A stretch of DNA of 64,000 nucleotides. Origin: Alphaproteobacteria bacterium. Lineage in GTDB: Bacteria > Pseudomonadota > Alphaproteobacteria > SP197. Below, piece by piece: positions 8,878-19,772 of the stretch. The notes beneath the pieces are model-generated. The model saw only the letters and a program-made list of their open reading frames with translations, was not told the DNA's origin and ran no database searches. Location of the stretch: assembly GCA_965204785.1 (NCBI GenBank), contig OZ242015.1, positions 899,241-963,240 on the forward strand, read 5' to 3'. Made by a program: the position numbers and the translations under genes. Numbering within the stretch: position 1 is the stretch's first letter; every line of letters starts with the position of its first letter.

Positions 8878-10238
8878 TCTGATCAGGGCCCAGGCCGTGG
8901 CTGGCTTGCAACTCCCGTGCTCAGCCAGCCCCTCGAGCAGGGAATCGGCGACGTGGAACTCACTTGGCCGAAGGCGCCGTGCCGGTTCTGCGGTACCGGT
9001 TGTGGTGTGATGGTCGGTGTCAAGAAGGGGCGTGTAGTTGCCACCCATGGTGAGGTCAACCGTGGCCTCAACTGCGCGAAGGACGAGTTTCTATCGAAGA
9101 TCATGTACGGCGAGGATCGACTGATGCAGCCTCTATTGCGCATGGCCAATGGTGCCTACGACAAGGATAAGGTGAATTCACACCGGTCACATGGGCCGGG
9201 CTTTCGATGAGATGGCGCGCCAGCGGAAGCGGGTGCTGGCGAAAAAAGGGTCCACCGCGATCGGAATGTTCGGCTCCGGGCAGTGGAGCATCTGGGAAGG
9301 GCATGCCGCCAGCAAGTTGATGCGCGCTGGGTTTGGATCAAACAACCTCAATCCCAATGCCCGGCATTGCATGGCCTCGGCCGCTACGGCGTTCATTCGT
9401 ACGTTCCGCATGGACGAGCCCACGGGCTGCTATGACGATTTTGAGCATGCGGACGACTTCGTGCTCTGGGGCTCAAACATGGCCAAAATGCATCCGGTTC
9501 TTTGGACGCGCCTGACCGACCGCCGCCTAGGGCGTCCCGATGTGCGCGTCAGCGTGCTGTCGACCTAGTACGCACCGCAGTTCCGACTTGGCAGACCTGC
9601 CGATCATTTTCCGTCCTGGCACCGATCTCGTGATCGCCATCCACATCATTGCATCGGGCGCGGTGAACGAGTCATTCGTTTCTCAGAATGCCGGCTTCTG
9701 GCTTGGTAACACCGATGTCGGTTATGGCCTTCGCGACGAGCATCCTTTGCAACAAGCCGGCCAATGCGGGCGACGCGGGAGACATGTCGACGATCGACCT
9801 TCAGACCTATGCTGACTTCGTAGCGGATTACACGCTTGACCGGATCGCCGACCTCACCGGCGTGGAAGCAGACAAGCTGGAGCGTCTGGCCGCCGTCCAC
9901 GCGCATTCGGACCGCAAGGTGATGAGCCTGCGGACCATGGGTTTCAACCAGATGGAAGAAGGATACGCCAATCACGAGGTCGAGGCATTCGGGTTCTACA
10001 TTCAAAAGGGGCTGTTCGAGGAATACGCCAGTTTTGGTCACGGCCACGATCTCGACGATTTCGACACCTACTCACACCAACCGGGGAAACGCTGGTTGGT
10101 CGTCGACGGCCATGAGACACGCTGGTGCTATCGTGCCTGGGAGGACCCCTATGCCACGGTTGACGACGGTGTGCAGTTCTATGGCATGCCCGACGACCGC
10201 GCAAAAATCCCGGCGACGCCCCATGAACCGCCCGCCGC
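8858..10238 (+). pseudogene. napA: napA (catalytic subunit of periplasmic nitrate reductase), heavily degraded
   Basis: Tat signal [17 protein letters not shown] at 8858 overlapping the napD stop. NapA-like pieces sit in at least four frames (…[18 protein letters not shown]… / …[20 protein letters not shown]…[25 protein letters not shown]… / …TMGFNQ|[34 protein letters not shown]…). The junction TMGFNQ|MEEGY implies an internal deletion of roughly 300 aa, and the C-terminal ~150 aa are missing. Confidence 0.75.
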
Positions 10239-10425
10239 TTGCCCGCCAGGGCACCGATGCCGGACGTCAGATTCGGAACTATCCCGAACGATATCGGGGG
10301 CTATCAACTCACGTTGAACGCCAATACCTGTCTCACCTGCCATCGACGTCAGTATATCGAAGCCTTGAGCGCACCCATGATCTCCATCACTCATTTCAGG
10401 ACCGTGACGGCCGGATTGTTGAGAA
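10239..10425 (+). pseudogene. napB: napB (dihaem cytochrome c subunit) fragment: first haem site only
   Basis: …[46 protein letters not shown]… matches the NapB region PPMIPH..GYQ.T.N.N.CLQCH…AP.ISPTHF; signal peptide and second CxxCH lost. Confidence 0.55.
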
Positions 10426-10446
10426 ATGCGAAAGATGGGTGGGTTA

Positions 10447-10476
10447 TTGATGCGAAAGATGTTGTGACGGCGATGT
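10447..10476. repeat. left 30-bp terminal inverted repeat (ttgatgcgaaagatgttgtgacggcgatgt)
   Basis: Perfect reverse complement of 10833-10862. Confidence 0.85.
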
Positions 10477-10832
10477 GGGATTACGTGACCGGATGCGGGA
10501 TTCAACGGGATGTTGAGACAATCAATGCGCCCCCATCGCCTTCGGGGTCAGGGTCCGCGTCGTCGTCGAGGGCGTCGATGACGATGCGGGAGATCGCCTC
10601 GTTGTCCTCGGTCGAGAGGCCGAGGAGGAGCGCCCGCGACGCAGGCTGCGTCCTGAATAAACGCCTTGCGTTTAGTCGTTCAGTCGCCATGTGACCGCGC
10701 GCCCGCGCCCCCGATGCAAGGCCGCTTGCATGACTCCTGCAACGGCCCTGAAGCGCCCGTGAACGGCCCTCCCGGGAGGCTCGGTCCCCGGCCCGAATCG
10801 AACCCGAAATCAACAATGTGTTGAAATAATCA

Positions 10833-10862
10833 ACATCGCCGTCACAACATCTTTCGCATCAA
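10833..10862. repeat. right 30-bp terminal inverted repeat
   Basis: acatcgccgtcacaacatctttcgcatcaa, reverse complement of the left IR. Confidence 0.85.
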
Positions 10863-10894
10863 AAACCCGCGCGTTTTTCGCGTGCCTCTAGTCA

Positions 10895-11110
10895 GTGCGC
10901 CTTCCCGATGAGACCTGTGCCCGTCTCAAGTTCCTTGCGGAGAGAACGGGATGCACGGCCACATTCTACATTCGGGAAGCCATCGAACGGCATCTGGATG
11001 ATCTGGAAGGCCGCTATGCAGCCGAACAGGCGCTGATCGCCCACCGAAGATCCGGCGACCGCACGCTCACGCTGGACGAGCTGGACGCCGAACTTGGCCT
11101 GGGAAATCAG
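10895..11110 (+). CDS. ribbon-helix-helix (CopG/ParD-like) type II antitoxin; the ORF has lost its stop and reads through to 11323
   Basis: GTG start; MRLPDETCARLKFLAERTGCTATFYIREAIERHLDDLEGRYAAEQALIAHRRSGDRTLTLDELDAELGL = RHH fold then a ParD-like tail; begins 33 bp after the right IR. Confidence 0.55.
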
Positions 11111-11169
11111 GATCACGGCAAGAGCGGCCTAGCAGATCGGGAAACTCGGGTCGCGCTGACGTCACACGT

Positions 11170-11370
11170 ATTCAGGCATTATCTAGTAAACCGGATCGCC
11201 ATCCTCGGCGATCCCCGCCAGTTGATAAAGCCTCTCTGCTGCGCGGATCCGAACTGGGCAATTTCTGGCGCTGGCGCGTTGGAAATTTTCGCATTCTGTG
11301 TGACATGCAGGATACAGAACTGATTGTTCTGGTGGTTGAAGTCGGACATCGTCGCGAGGTCTGTCGATAG
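11170..11370 (+). pseudogene. ParE/RelE-family toxin remnant (C-terminal motif only, different frame from the antitoxin)
   Basis: Frame ending at TAG 11368-11370 reads …LLRGSELGNFWRWRVGNFRILCDMQDTELIVLVVEVGHRREVCR = canonical ParE/RelE C-terminus (…R.RvG.YRiiy.i.dd.l.vl.v.HRkdvY); no recognisable N-terminal half. Confidence 0.5.
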
Positions 11371-11439
11371 CGCGTGCGAAGCTGGGACCTCCACCACAAT
11401 CGTTCGACCGACGAGGTGAGCAGACGGGAGCAGGACGCC

Positions 11440-11622
11440 ATGGACAGCGACGATCTGGAACTCAGACGCCCGGACGACGGGCCGAAAAACCTGGAGGCGA
11501 TGTCGATCGAGGCGCTCCGCGCCTATGTCGGGAAACTCGAAGCCGAGATCGAACGCGTCCGCGACGTGATCAGGCAGAAGGAAGCCGCCAGAAATTCGGC
11601 TGCATCCTTTTTCAAGACCTAA
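11440..11622 (+). CDS. DUF1192-family small protein
   Basis: MDSDDLELRRPDDGPKNLEAMSIEALRAYVGKLEAEIERVRDVIRQKEAARNSAASFFKT, the conserved alphaproteobacterial DUF1192 pattern; an in-frame GTG at 11374 is also possible. Confidence 0.65.
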   Translation: MDSDDLELRRPDDGPKNLEAMSIEALRAYVGKLEAEIERVRDVIRQKEAARNSAASFFKT

Positions 11623-12169
11623 GTTCGGGCCTTTCCGCCGCTCGACCATGTAGACCAGCGTGGTCGCGCCGAACAAGGTCCACGGGTTCACAATGCCCAC
11701 GACGATCAGGAGAGCACCCAGGAGAAGGCTCGTGCACGCGGTCGTGCGGCCTGCGAACATCATCGTCGTCAGCGCATAACGCTTCGCGTGGCGGCCCGGG
11801 AGGAAACTCCCGAACAGGAAGACACCGGTGATCGCGCCCTGCAGGGCGCGGAAGCCCAGGAAGACCCAGAAACTGGCGGCCTGCGTGCGGCCAAGAGATG
11901 CGAGCGTGAAGACAAGAGCTGCCAGCTGGACGACCTCTTGTTTGTGAAGGGCGACTTATGGCGGCCGAGAGAAAGGGGCAACGTTATCGAGTGCAGCCTC
12001 ATGGCCGCTCCTGACGGCGTGCCGGGCCGGTCGGCGGAAATCCAGCGGGCAAGCGGTCGGAAGCCTTTTTGTCCACACCATCGATCTGCCGGATATGGTA
12101 TTGTGCTTGGGTAACCGGCGCGATATCTGGACGCCAACAGATAGAGTTGGACGAAAATTCGAGGACGTT

Positions 12170-12919
12170 ATGGCTGGTCATTCCAAATGGAAGAACATCC
12201 AGCACCGCAAGGGTGCCCAAGACGCCAAGCGCGCCAAGCAGTTCACCAAGGTGGGCCGCGAGATCGCCGTCGCTGCGCGTTCGGGATTGCCCGATCCCGA
12301 TCACAATCCCCGTCTGCGCGCCGCGGTCCAGGCCGCGCGCACGGTCAACATGGGCAAGGACGCCATCGACCGCGCGATCAAGCGCGCCGTGGGTGGCGAG
12401 GACAACGTCGATTATCAGGAGATGCGCTACGAGGGTTACGGCCCCGGCGGCATCGCGCTCATCGTCGAGGCGCTGACCGACAACCGCAACCGCACCGCCT
12501 CGGAAGTCCGCGCCGCGTTCAACAAGGCAGGCGGGGCGCTGGGTGAGACCGGCAGCGTGGCGTTCATGTTCGAACGTTTCGGCCAGATCGTCTTCGATGC
12601 ACAAGTCGGCGATGCCGACACCATGTTCGAAGCCGCATTCGAGGCCGGTGCGACCGATGTCGTTTCCGACCAGGACGGCCACACGATCTATTGTGCGCCT
12701 GAGGATTTCGGTCAGGTCAGCGAGATGGTGACTGAACGCTTCGGCGACCCCACCGAAGCCGGGCTGACCTGGAAGGCTTCGACGACCATCGGGGTAGATG
12801 AGGAAAAGGCCGCGTCCCTGCTGAAGCTGATCGAGGTGCTCGAGGACAGCGACGACGTGCAGTCGGTCTCCGCCAACTTCGAGATTGCCGATGATGTCAT
12901 GGAACGGTTGGTGGCCTGA
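12170..12919 (+). CDS. yebC: YebC/PmpR-family DNA-binding transcriptional regulator
   Basis: [25 protein letters not shown]…; conserved upstream of ruvC. Confidence 0.9.
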   Translation: MAGHSKWKNIQHRKGAQDAKRAKQFTKVGREIAVAARSGLPDPDHNPRLRAAVQAARTVNMGKDAIDRAIKRAVGGEDNVDYQEMRYEGYGPGGIALIVEALTDNRNRTASEVRAAFNKAGGALGETGSVAFMFERFGQIVFDAQVGDADTMFEAAFEAGATDVVSDQDGHTIYCAPEDFGQVSEMVTERFGDPTEAGLTWKASTTIGVDEEKAASLLKLIEVLEDSDDVQSVSANFEIADDVMERLVA

Positions 12920-12925
12920 GGCAGC

Positions 12926-13435
12926 ATGATGCGTGTTCTGGGCATTGATCCAGGTCTCCAGCATACCGGGTGGGGTGTCATCGACATTGACGGCAATGCG
13001 CTGCGCCATGTCGCACACGGCGTCATTTCGCCCGCCGCGTCCCTGCCCATAGCCGAACGCCTGACGGCTATCTTCGACGGCGTTCAGACCGTGCTCTCCG
13101 AGCAGAAGCCCGATCATGTCGCCATCGAGGAAACCTTTGTCAACCGCAATCCTGACAGCACTCTCAAACTGGGCCTGGCGCGCGGCGCGGCCCTGGTCGC
13201 CGCCGCTTCGACCGGGCTTCCGGTCTCCGAGTACGCCGCGCGGCTGGTAAAGAAGTCGGTCGTGGGGACGGGCAAGGCCGACAAGGCCCAGATCGCCACC
13301 ATGATCGCGGTACTTCTGCCCAGCGCGAAGGTCGCTAACGCGGATGCAGCAGACGCGCTTGCCGTGGCGGTCTGTCATGCGCATCACACGGCGACACTCG
13401 GACCCCGCCGTATCGCCGCCGGAGCCGCGGCATGA
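12926..13435 (+). CDS. ruvC: crossover junction endodeoxyribonuclease RuvC
   Basis: MRVLGIDPGLQHTGWGVID… RuvC fold. Confidence 0.92.
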   Translation: MMRVLGIDPGLQHTGWGVIDIDGNALRHVAHGVISPAASLPIAERLTAIFDGVQTVLSEQKPDHVAIEETFVNRNPDSTLKLGLARGAALVAAASTGLPVSEYAARLVKKSVVGTGKADKAQIATMIAVLLPSAKVANADAADALAVAVCHAHHTATLGPRRIAAGAAA

Positions 13436-14046
13436 TCGGCAAGCTGACGGGCCTCGTGGATTTTCTAGGCGAGGACTCCGCACTACTCGACGTTGGCGGT
13501 GTCGGTTATCAGTTCAGTTGTTCGGCGCGCACGCTACGCGGTCTTGGCGGTGTGGGCGATACCGCCAGCGTCTCGGTCGAGACCTTCATCCGCGACGACC
13601 GCATCGTGCTCTACGGCTTTGCCGACCGGGCTGAGCGCGACTGTTTCCGCATCCTGATGACCGTGCAGGGCGTGGGCGCGCGCGTGGCGCTCGCCATCCT
13701 CTCGGTGCTCTCGCCCGCGGAACTCGCCCAGGCCGTCCTGGCCCAGGACAAGGCGGCGGTGGCGCGCGCCAACGGCGTGGGCCCGCGCGTGGCGACCCGC
13801 GTCGTCACGGAACTCAAAGACCGCATGGGCGATGTCGGGCTGGGTCCCGGCGCCACCCTTGCTCCGCCCGGTTCGGCTGGCGCAGCCGATACAGGCGCCG
13901 ATGGCGATGCTGTCTCCGCGTTGGTCAATCTGGGCTACGGGCGCTCGGAGGCATACGGCGCCGTCGTTGCGGCACGCCGGGAACTGGGCGAGAACGCCGA
14001 GGTCTCCGCGCTCATAACCGCGGGTCTGAAGGAGCTTGGCCGATGA
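13432..14046 (+). CDS. ruvA: Holliday junction DNA helicase RuvA
   Basis: MIGKLTG…; overlaps ruvC stop and ruvB start. Confidence 0.92.
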   Translation: MIGKLTGLVDFLGEDSALLDVGGVGYQFSCSARTLRGLGGVGDTASVSVETFIRDDRIVLYGFADRAERDCFRILMTVQGVGARVALAILSVLSPAELAQAVLAQDKAAVARANGVGPRVATRVVTELKDRMGDVGLGPGATLAPPGSAGAADTGADGDAVSALVNLGYGRSEAYGAVVAARRELGENAEVSALITAGLKELGR

Positions 14047-15086
14047 GCGATGAGCGGCTGGCCAGCGGCGACCCGGGCGAAGACGATCTCAAGGGATCGC
14101 TGCGCCCCCAGGTGCTCGACGATTTCATCGGCCAGCGTCAGGTCTCCGAGAACCTCTCGGTCTTCGTCCAGGCTGCGCGCAACCGCGCCGAGGCGATGGA
14201 CCACGTCCTGTTCCACGGCCCGCCGGGCCTGGGCAAGACCACGCTGGCGCAGATTGTCGCGCGTGAACTGGGCGTGGGTTTCCGCAGCACGGCAGGGCCG
14301 ATCATCGCGCGCGCGGGCGACCTCGCGGCCCTGCTGACCAATCTGGAAGAGCGCGATGTACTCTTCATAGACGAAATTCACCGCCTTAATCCTGCCGTGG
14401 AAGAGGTATTGTATCCCGCCATGGAGGATTTTCAGCTTGATCTCATCATCGGTGTGGGGCCGGCAGCGCGGTCGGTCAAGATCGATCTTCCGAAGTTCAC
14501 GCTAGTCGGGGCGACCACCCGGTCCGGGCTTCTGACCACGCCCCTGCGCGAACGTTTTGGCATTCCCCTGCGTCTCAATTTCTATGAAGCCGACGATCTT
14601 GCCATCGTCGTCGCGCGTGCGGCCCGTGTCATGAACATGGACCTCACCGGGGACGGCGCGGCGGAGATCGCGCGGCGCGCCCGCGGCACGCCGCGCGTTG
14701 CCGTACGGTTGCTGCGCCGGGTGCGTGACATGGCCCAGGTCGGCGGGTCCGACGGCGTCGATGCAGAGGTCGCCGATGCCGCGCTCAACCGGCTGGATGT
14801 CGACGCCAGCGGGCTCGATGCCATGGACCGCCGTTATTTGGCCTGCATTGCCGAACATTATGGCGGCGGGCCGGTCGGCGTCGAAACCGTCGCGGCCGCG
14901 TTGAGCGAACACCGCGACGCCTTGGAGGATGTCATCGAGCCGTTTCTGATCCAGCAGGGCTATGTCCAGCGCACGCCGCGCGGGCGCATGCTCACACTGG
15001 CGAGCTACCAGCACTTGGGCATCGCCGCCCCTGCGCGTTCCGTGCCCCAGGTCGACCTTTTCGTGGCCGAAGACGACGATGACTGA
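14043..15086 (+). CDS. ruvB: Holliday junction branch-migration ATPase RuvB
   Basis: Walker [12 protein letters not shown]; AAA+ fold. Confidence 0.95.
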   Translation: MSDERLASGDPGEDDLKGSLRPQVLDDFIGQRQVSENLSVFVQAARNRAEAMDHVLFHGPPGLGKTTLAQIVARELGVGFRSTAGPIIARAGDLAALLTNLEERDVLFIDEIHRLNPAVEEVLYPAMEDFQLDLIIGVGPAARSVKIDLPKFTLVGATTRSGLLTTPLRERFGIPLRLNFYEADDLAIVVARAARVMNMDLTGDGAAEIARRARGTPRVAVRLLRRVRDMAQVGGSDGVDAEVADAALNRLDVDASGLDAMDRRYLACIAEHYGGGPVGVETVAAALSEHRDALEDVIEPFLIQQGYVQRTPRGRMLTLASYQHLGIAAPARSVPQVDLFVAEDDDD

Positions 15087-15486
15087 TGATCTCCACCAGC
15101 TTCCCGTGCGCATCTATTACGAGGACACCGATGCCGGCGGCATCGTCTATCACACCGCCTATCTGCGTTTTGCCGAACGTGGGCGAACCGAATACCTGCG
15201 CACCGCGGGGCTCGATCACCGCAACCTGCGCCGGGAAACCGGCGGCGTGTTCGTCGTGCGCCGCATGGAAATCGACTACCGCCAGGCCGCCCGCCTGGAT
15301 GAGGAACTGCGTGTCGAAACCCGCGTCGCCTCGGCCGCGGGCGCCAGCGCCGTCATGAAGCAGCGGGTGATGCGCGGCAAAACCGTTCTTGTCAGCCTTA
15401 ACGTCCAACTGGCCTTTCTGGGTGAAGACGGTCGGCCCAGACGCCTTCCCGGCGCGGTCTGCCGGGCCTTCGCCGCGCGAACCTGA
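15079..15486 (+). CDS. ybgC: Tol-Pal-associated acyl-CoA thioesterase YbgC (4HBT fold)
   Basis: [31 protein letters not shown]…; overlaps ruvB stop. Confidence 0.85.
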   Translation: MTDDLHQLPVRIYYEDTDAGGIVYHTAYLRFAERGRTEYLRTAGLDHRNLRRETGGVFVVRRMEIDYRQAARLDEELRVETRVASAAGASAVMKQRVMRGKTVLVSLNVQLAFLGEDGRPRRLPGAVCRAFAART

Positions 15487-15550
15487 ACCTTTTGAGGAGT
15501 CAATAACCGTGGAAGTTGCCGCACTCGCCGGTTCTGCACCGGAAGCCAGC

Positions 15551-16230
<680 letters not shown>

Positions 16231-16231
<1 letters not shown>

Positions 16232-16686
16232 TGGCCGTCCAGTTCACAGCAGGCGGAGGCGGTTACCGCAGCGCGCGTGCGCGCCGCCGCCGCCCGCCCA
16301 TGAGCGAGATCAACGTCACGCCCCTGGTCGACGTCATGCTGGTGCTGCTCATCGTCTTCATGATCGCCGCACCACTGCTCACCGTAGGCGTGGAGATCGA
16401 GCTTCCTGACGCCAATGTCGGCGAACTTTCCGGCCAGGACGAGCCGCTTGAGGTCACGGTCCAGGCCGACGGCAGCCTCTACCTCATGGAAACGCCGGTC
16501 GAACTCGATGAACTTGGCCCTCGTCTTGTCGCAATTTCGCAAAACAATCCCGATATCCGGATTTTCGTCCGGGGTGATCGCGGTGTCGCGTATGGAGAGG
16601 TCATGGCTGTCATGGGTGTCCTGAACGAAGCGGGCTTCACGCATCTTGCGCTGGAAGCCGAGCGTCCGCGCGGAGAAGCGGAGTAG
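16231..16686 (+). CDS. tolR: Tol-Pal system protein TolR
   Basis: ExbD/TolR family (…SEINVTPLVDVMLVLLIVFMI…). Confidence 0.9.
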
Positions 16687-16692
16687 GCCGGC

Positions 16693-17589
16693 ATGTCACC
16701 GACAGGATTTTCCCTCTCGGTTGCAATGCATGTGGCGCTGGTGGCGTTCGTCATCATCGGTCTGCCGCAGTTGTGGAAGGATGTGCCCGAGCCTGTCGAC
16801 TCCGTGACGGTCGATCTTCTGGTCCTGACCGAGGAGGCGGGAGCACCCGCGCCCGCGCCCGAACCGGTCGAGGAGGCCGAGGAGGCCGAGGAGATTGCCC
16901 AGTCCGAGCCGGAGCCCAAAGTCGTGAGCCTCGACATGCCCGAGCCGCTGCCCGAACTCGAAGACCTGCCGGAACTCGAGCTTCCCGACCCCGTCGCTCT
17001 GCCCGACCCCGTCGCTCTGCCCGAGCCTGAGCCGTTGCCCGAACCCGAACCGACCCCGGAGCCGGTGGTCGCCGCCGCACCCGTGCCGGTCGAGAAACCC
17101 GACACGCCGCCCAAGCCCGAGGAGCCTCAGTTCACCGACATGATGGCAAGCCTTCTCATCGATCAGGCCGCCGATGAACCGCCGCCGCCGGCCGAGCCGG
17201 AATCAACGTCGAACTTCGAAGAGATGCTTGCCTCTCTGGATTCCTCGGTCAATGCGCCGCCCGCCGATGAAGAGACCGCCACCATTAGCTCCCTGATCTC
17301 CCAGCAGATCGCCAAGCGATGGAACATCCTGGGCGGCGCCGCCGATGCCGAGGGCCTAGTTGTCACCATCCAAATCGCCCTTGCCCCCGACGGCAGGGTG
17401 CTGATCGCCAAGGTTACGGGCGTCACAGGGGGCACGACCCAGGAATTTCGTAACGCCGCGCGCGCTTCCGCGCTGCGTGCCGTACTCTACTTTGAGGATC
17501 ACCCGTTCCTGAATCTGCCGCTGGACCGTTACGATGTCTGGCGCAACATCATTATCAAATTCGACCCGCGTCAGATGTTGAGGACTTGA
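16693..17589 (+). CDS. tolA: cell-envelope integrity protein TolA
   Basis: N-terminal TM helix, Pro/Glu/Ala-rich linker, C-terminal TolA domain. Confidence 0.85.
   Translation: MSPTGFSLSVAMHVALVAFVIIGLPQLWKDVPEPVDSVTVDLLVLTEEAGAPAPAPEPVEEAEEAEEIAQSEPEPKVVSLDMPEPLPELEDLPELELPDPVALPDPVALPEPEPLPEPEPTPEPVVAAAPVPVEKPDTPPKPEEPQFTDMMASLLIDQAADEPPPPAEPESTSNFEEMLASLDSSVNAPPADEETATISSLISQQIAKRWNILGGAADAEGLVVTIQIALAPDGRVLIAKVTGVTGGTTQEFRNAARASALRAVLYFEDHPFLNLPLDRYDVWRNIIIKFDPRQMLRT
16986..17021 (+). repeat. 18-bp tandem repeat cccgaccccgtcgctctg x2 in the tolA linker ([12 protein letters not shown])
   Basis: Direct reading; further EEAEEAEE repeat at 16860-16890. Confidence 0.8.
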
Positions 17590-18923
17590 GAGCCATGAAA
17601 CCAATTCGCATGCGGCCCCGCCTTGCCGCCGTCATCGTCCTTCTTGTTGGGCTGGGGCTGGTCCAGTCGGCCAGAGCACAACTCGTGGTCGATGTCACCT
17701 CCGGTCATAACGACCCGCTGCCCATCGCCGTCACGGAATTCATCGGCTTGGCCGCCGATGCGACAATCGGTGCGAACATCGCCGAGGTCGTGGCCGCCGA
17801 CCTCGAACGCTCCGGCCTCTTCGATCCCATCGACCGCGCCGCCTTTATCCAGTCGGCGGCCGATATCGGGCTTTTCCCCCGCTTCGGCGACTGGCGCACG
17901 ATCAGGGTCGAGGCGCTGGTCACCGGCATGGTCGAACGCAAGACCGACGGCAGGCTCAAGGTCAGCTTCCGGCTCTGGGATACCTTCACCGAAGAACAGA
18001 TCGTCGGCTATGTCTATAGCGGCCGCGAGGATATCTGGCGGCGCATCGCCCACAAGATCGCCGATGCCGTCTACGAGTTGCTGACCGGGGAAAGCGGCTA
18101 TTTCGACAGCCGCATCGTCTATATCTCCGAAAGTGGCACGGCCAGCGCGCGCGTCAAGCGGCTGGCGATCATGGATCAGGACGGCGCGAACCATCAGTAC
18201 CTGACCGACGGGGCCAACCTGGTGCTCACACCGCGCTTTTCGCCGACCCGCCAGGAAATCACCTTCATGGCGTATTTCAACCAGACACCGCGCGTCTATC
18301 TGCTTGATATCGAGACGGGGCGGCGCGAGGTGCTGGGCGATTTCCCCGGCATGTCCTTCGCCCCGCGCTTCTCGCCCGACGGGCGCAAGGTCATCATGTC
18401 GCTGGCGGTGGACGGCAATTCCGACATCTATGTCATGGATCTGCCGACCCGCAGCATCACGCGCCTGACCGCCGATCCCGCGATAGATACCTCGCCGTCG
18501 TTCTCGCCGGACGGGGACTTCATCACCTTCAACTCCAACCGGGACGGCAAGCCGCAGATTTACGTCATGAGTCCGGACGGCAGCAATGTCCAGCGCATCA
18601 CGTTCAACGAGGGCGTCTACTCCACGCCGGTGTGGTCGCCGCGCGGCGACCACATCGCCTTCACCAGGGAGCACCAAGGCACGTTCTATATCGGCGTCAT
18701 GAAAACCGACGGAACCGGTGAACGGCTGATTGCCCAAGGATATCAAGTGGAAGGGCCCACTTGGTCGTCGAACGGGCGCGTCATTATGTTTTTCCGGCAG
18801 GTGCCGGTGGGAACTCAAAGCGTCGTGCAACTGGTTACAATTGACCTGACGGGGTTCAACGAAAGGATTGTCCCGACCCCTCAGGATGGCTCCGATCCTG
18901 CGTGGTCTCCCTTGATTCCGTAA
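17586..18923 (+). CDS. tolB: Tol-Pal system beta-propeller protein TolB
   Basis: 445 aa, signal peptide, WD40-like PD40 repeats. Confidence 0.95.
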   Translation: MRAMKPIRMRPRLAAVIVLLVGLGLVQSARAQLVVDVTSGHNDPLPIAVTEFIGLAADATIGANIAEVVAADLERSGLFDPIDRAAFIQSAADIGLFPRFGDWRTIRVEALVTGMVERKTDGRLKVSFRLWDTFTEEQIVGYVYSGREDIWRRIAHKIADAVYELLTGESGYFDSRIVYISESGTASARVKRLAIMDQDGANHQYLTDGANLVLTPRFSPTRQEITFMAYFNQTPRVYLLDIETGRREVLGDFPGMSFAPRFSPDGRKVIMSLAVDGNSDIYVMDLPTRSITRLTADPAIDTSPSFSPDGDFITFNSNRDGKPQIYVMSPDGSNVQRITFNEGVYSTPVWSPRGDHIAFTREHQGTFYIGVMKTDGTGERLIAQGYQVEGPTWSSNGRVIMFFRQVPVGTQSVVQLVTIDLTGFNERIVPTPQDGSDPAWSPLIP

Positions 18924-19069
18924 GTTTGCAACACTATAGTTCAGTCGAGTTTTCATACGGCCGATGCGGTTTGCTGCCGGCTAAGGTCGCCCCAAGAGAG
19001 ACTTGGCCTCTCTCATGGCTGAAATCTCGAATTTCTGGCCGTTCTCACACTAGAGGGGAAATTTTTCTC

Positions 19070-19603
19070 ATGCGCTTCAAACTGTTTAGCATCTTCGCAG
19101 CCGCCGTGCTTGTCGCCGCGTGCGAATCGACGCCGGAGACAACTGATACCGACGATGGCGCAGGCGACGTTGTCATCGAAGACGTTGTCATTGTAGTAGA
19201 AGACGTTGTCATTGTAGAAGACGTTGTCATCGTCGATGAGATCGATCCGCGCAGCAGCCAATACGTCACGGAGGTTCTGGGCGACCGCGTCTTTTTCGAT
19301 TTCGACAGCTCGGTCATTAATGCCCAGGCCCAGAACACGATCAAACGTTGGGTCGAATGGATGGGCGTCTTCGGTGACATCGTGGTGATTGTCGAAGGTC
19401 ACGCCGACGAGCGTGGCACCCGTGACTATAACCTGGCGCTGGGCGAGCGTCGTGCCCATGCGGTCAAGAACTTCATAGTCGCCATGGGCATCGATTCCAG
19501 CCGTATCGCGACGATCAGCTTCGGCAAGGAACGTCCTGCCGTCGAAGGTCATACCGAAGCGGCTTGGGCGCAGAACCGCCGCGCCGTACTGGTGTTGGGT
19601 TGA
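19070..19603 (+). CDS. pal: peptidoglycan-associated lipoprotein Pal
   Basis: Lipobox LVAAC; acidic repetitive linker; OmpA-like C-terminal domain (…GHADERGTRDYNLALGERRA…). Confidence 0.9.
   Translation: MRFKLFSIFAAAVLVAACESTPETTDTDDGAGDVVIEDVVIVVEDVVIVEDVVIVDEIDPRSSQYVTEVLGDRVFFDFDSSVINAQAQNTIKRWVEWMGVFGDIVVIVEGHADERGTRDYNLALGERRAHAVKNFIVAMGIDSSRIATISFGKERPAVEGHTEAAWAQNRRAVLVLG
19166..19240 (+). repeat. imperfect ~18-21-bp tandem repeats (gaagacgttgtcat[c/t]gt…) encoding (E)DVVIV x4 in the Pal linker
   Basis: DVVIEDVVIVVEDVVIVEDVVIVDE at protein level. Confidence 0.8.
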
Positions 19604-19772
19604 TCTGACACCGCGTGGCTGGCTTTAATGTGGAGCGGCCCGTTGCGTTTGCCGTGTTGGGTTGCCTGAATTTCGTCGTGGTTTGGCTTCAGCGTATGGA
19701 ATCTGCCGTTGGACGCGTGCCACGGACGGGTTGCCCGATACGCTGAAGCTGCCGCACAAGGACGAAATCGTC

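Larger units (their letters stand above)
10447..10862. mobile_element. 416-bp non-autonomous (MITE-like) element bounded by 30-bp perfect inverted repeats
   Basis: IR pair 10447-10476 / 10833-10862; interior has only a 62-codon acidic ORF (10502-10690, -); lies exactly where napB is truncated. Confidence 0.5.

Noticed and set aside
12000-13483. 494-aa ORF antisense to yebC/ruvC
   Set aside because: Antisense to conserved genes, low-complexity translation
16860-17060. Possible CRISPR-like short repeats
   Set aside because: They are in-frame coding repeats of the TolA Pro/Glu-rich linker, not spacer-repeat architecture; no CRISPR array anywhere in the window
17571-18956. 461-aa ORF antisense to tolB
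   Set aside because: Same reasoning; TolB frame is unambiguous
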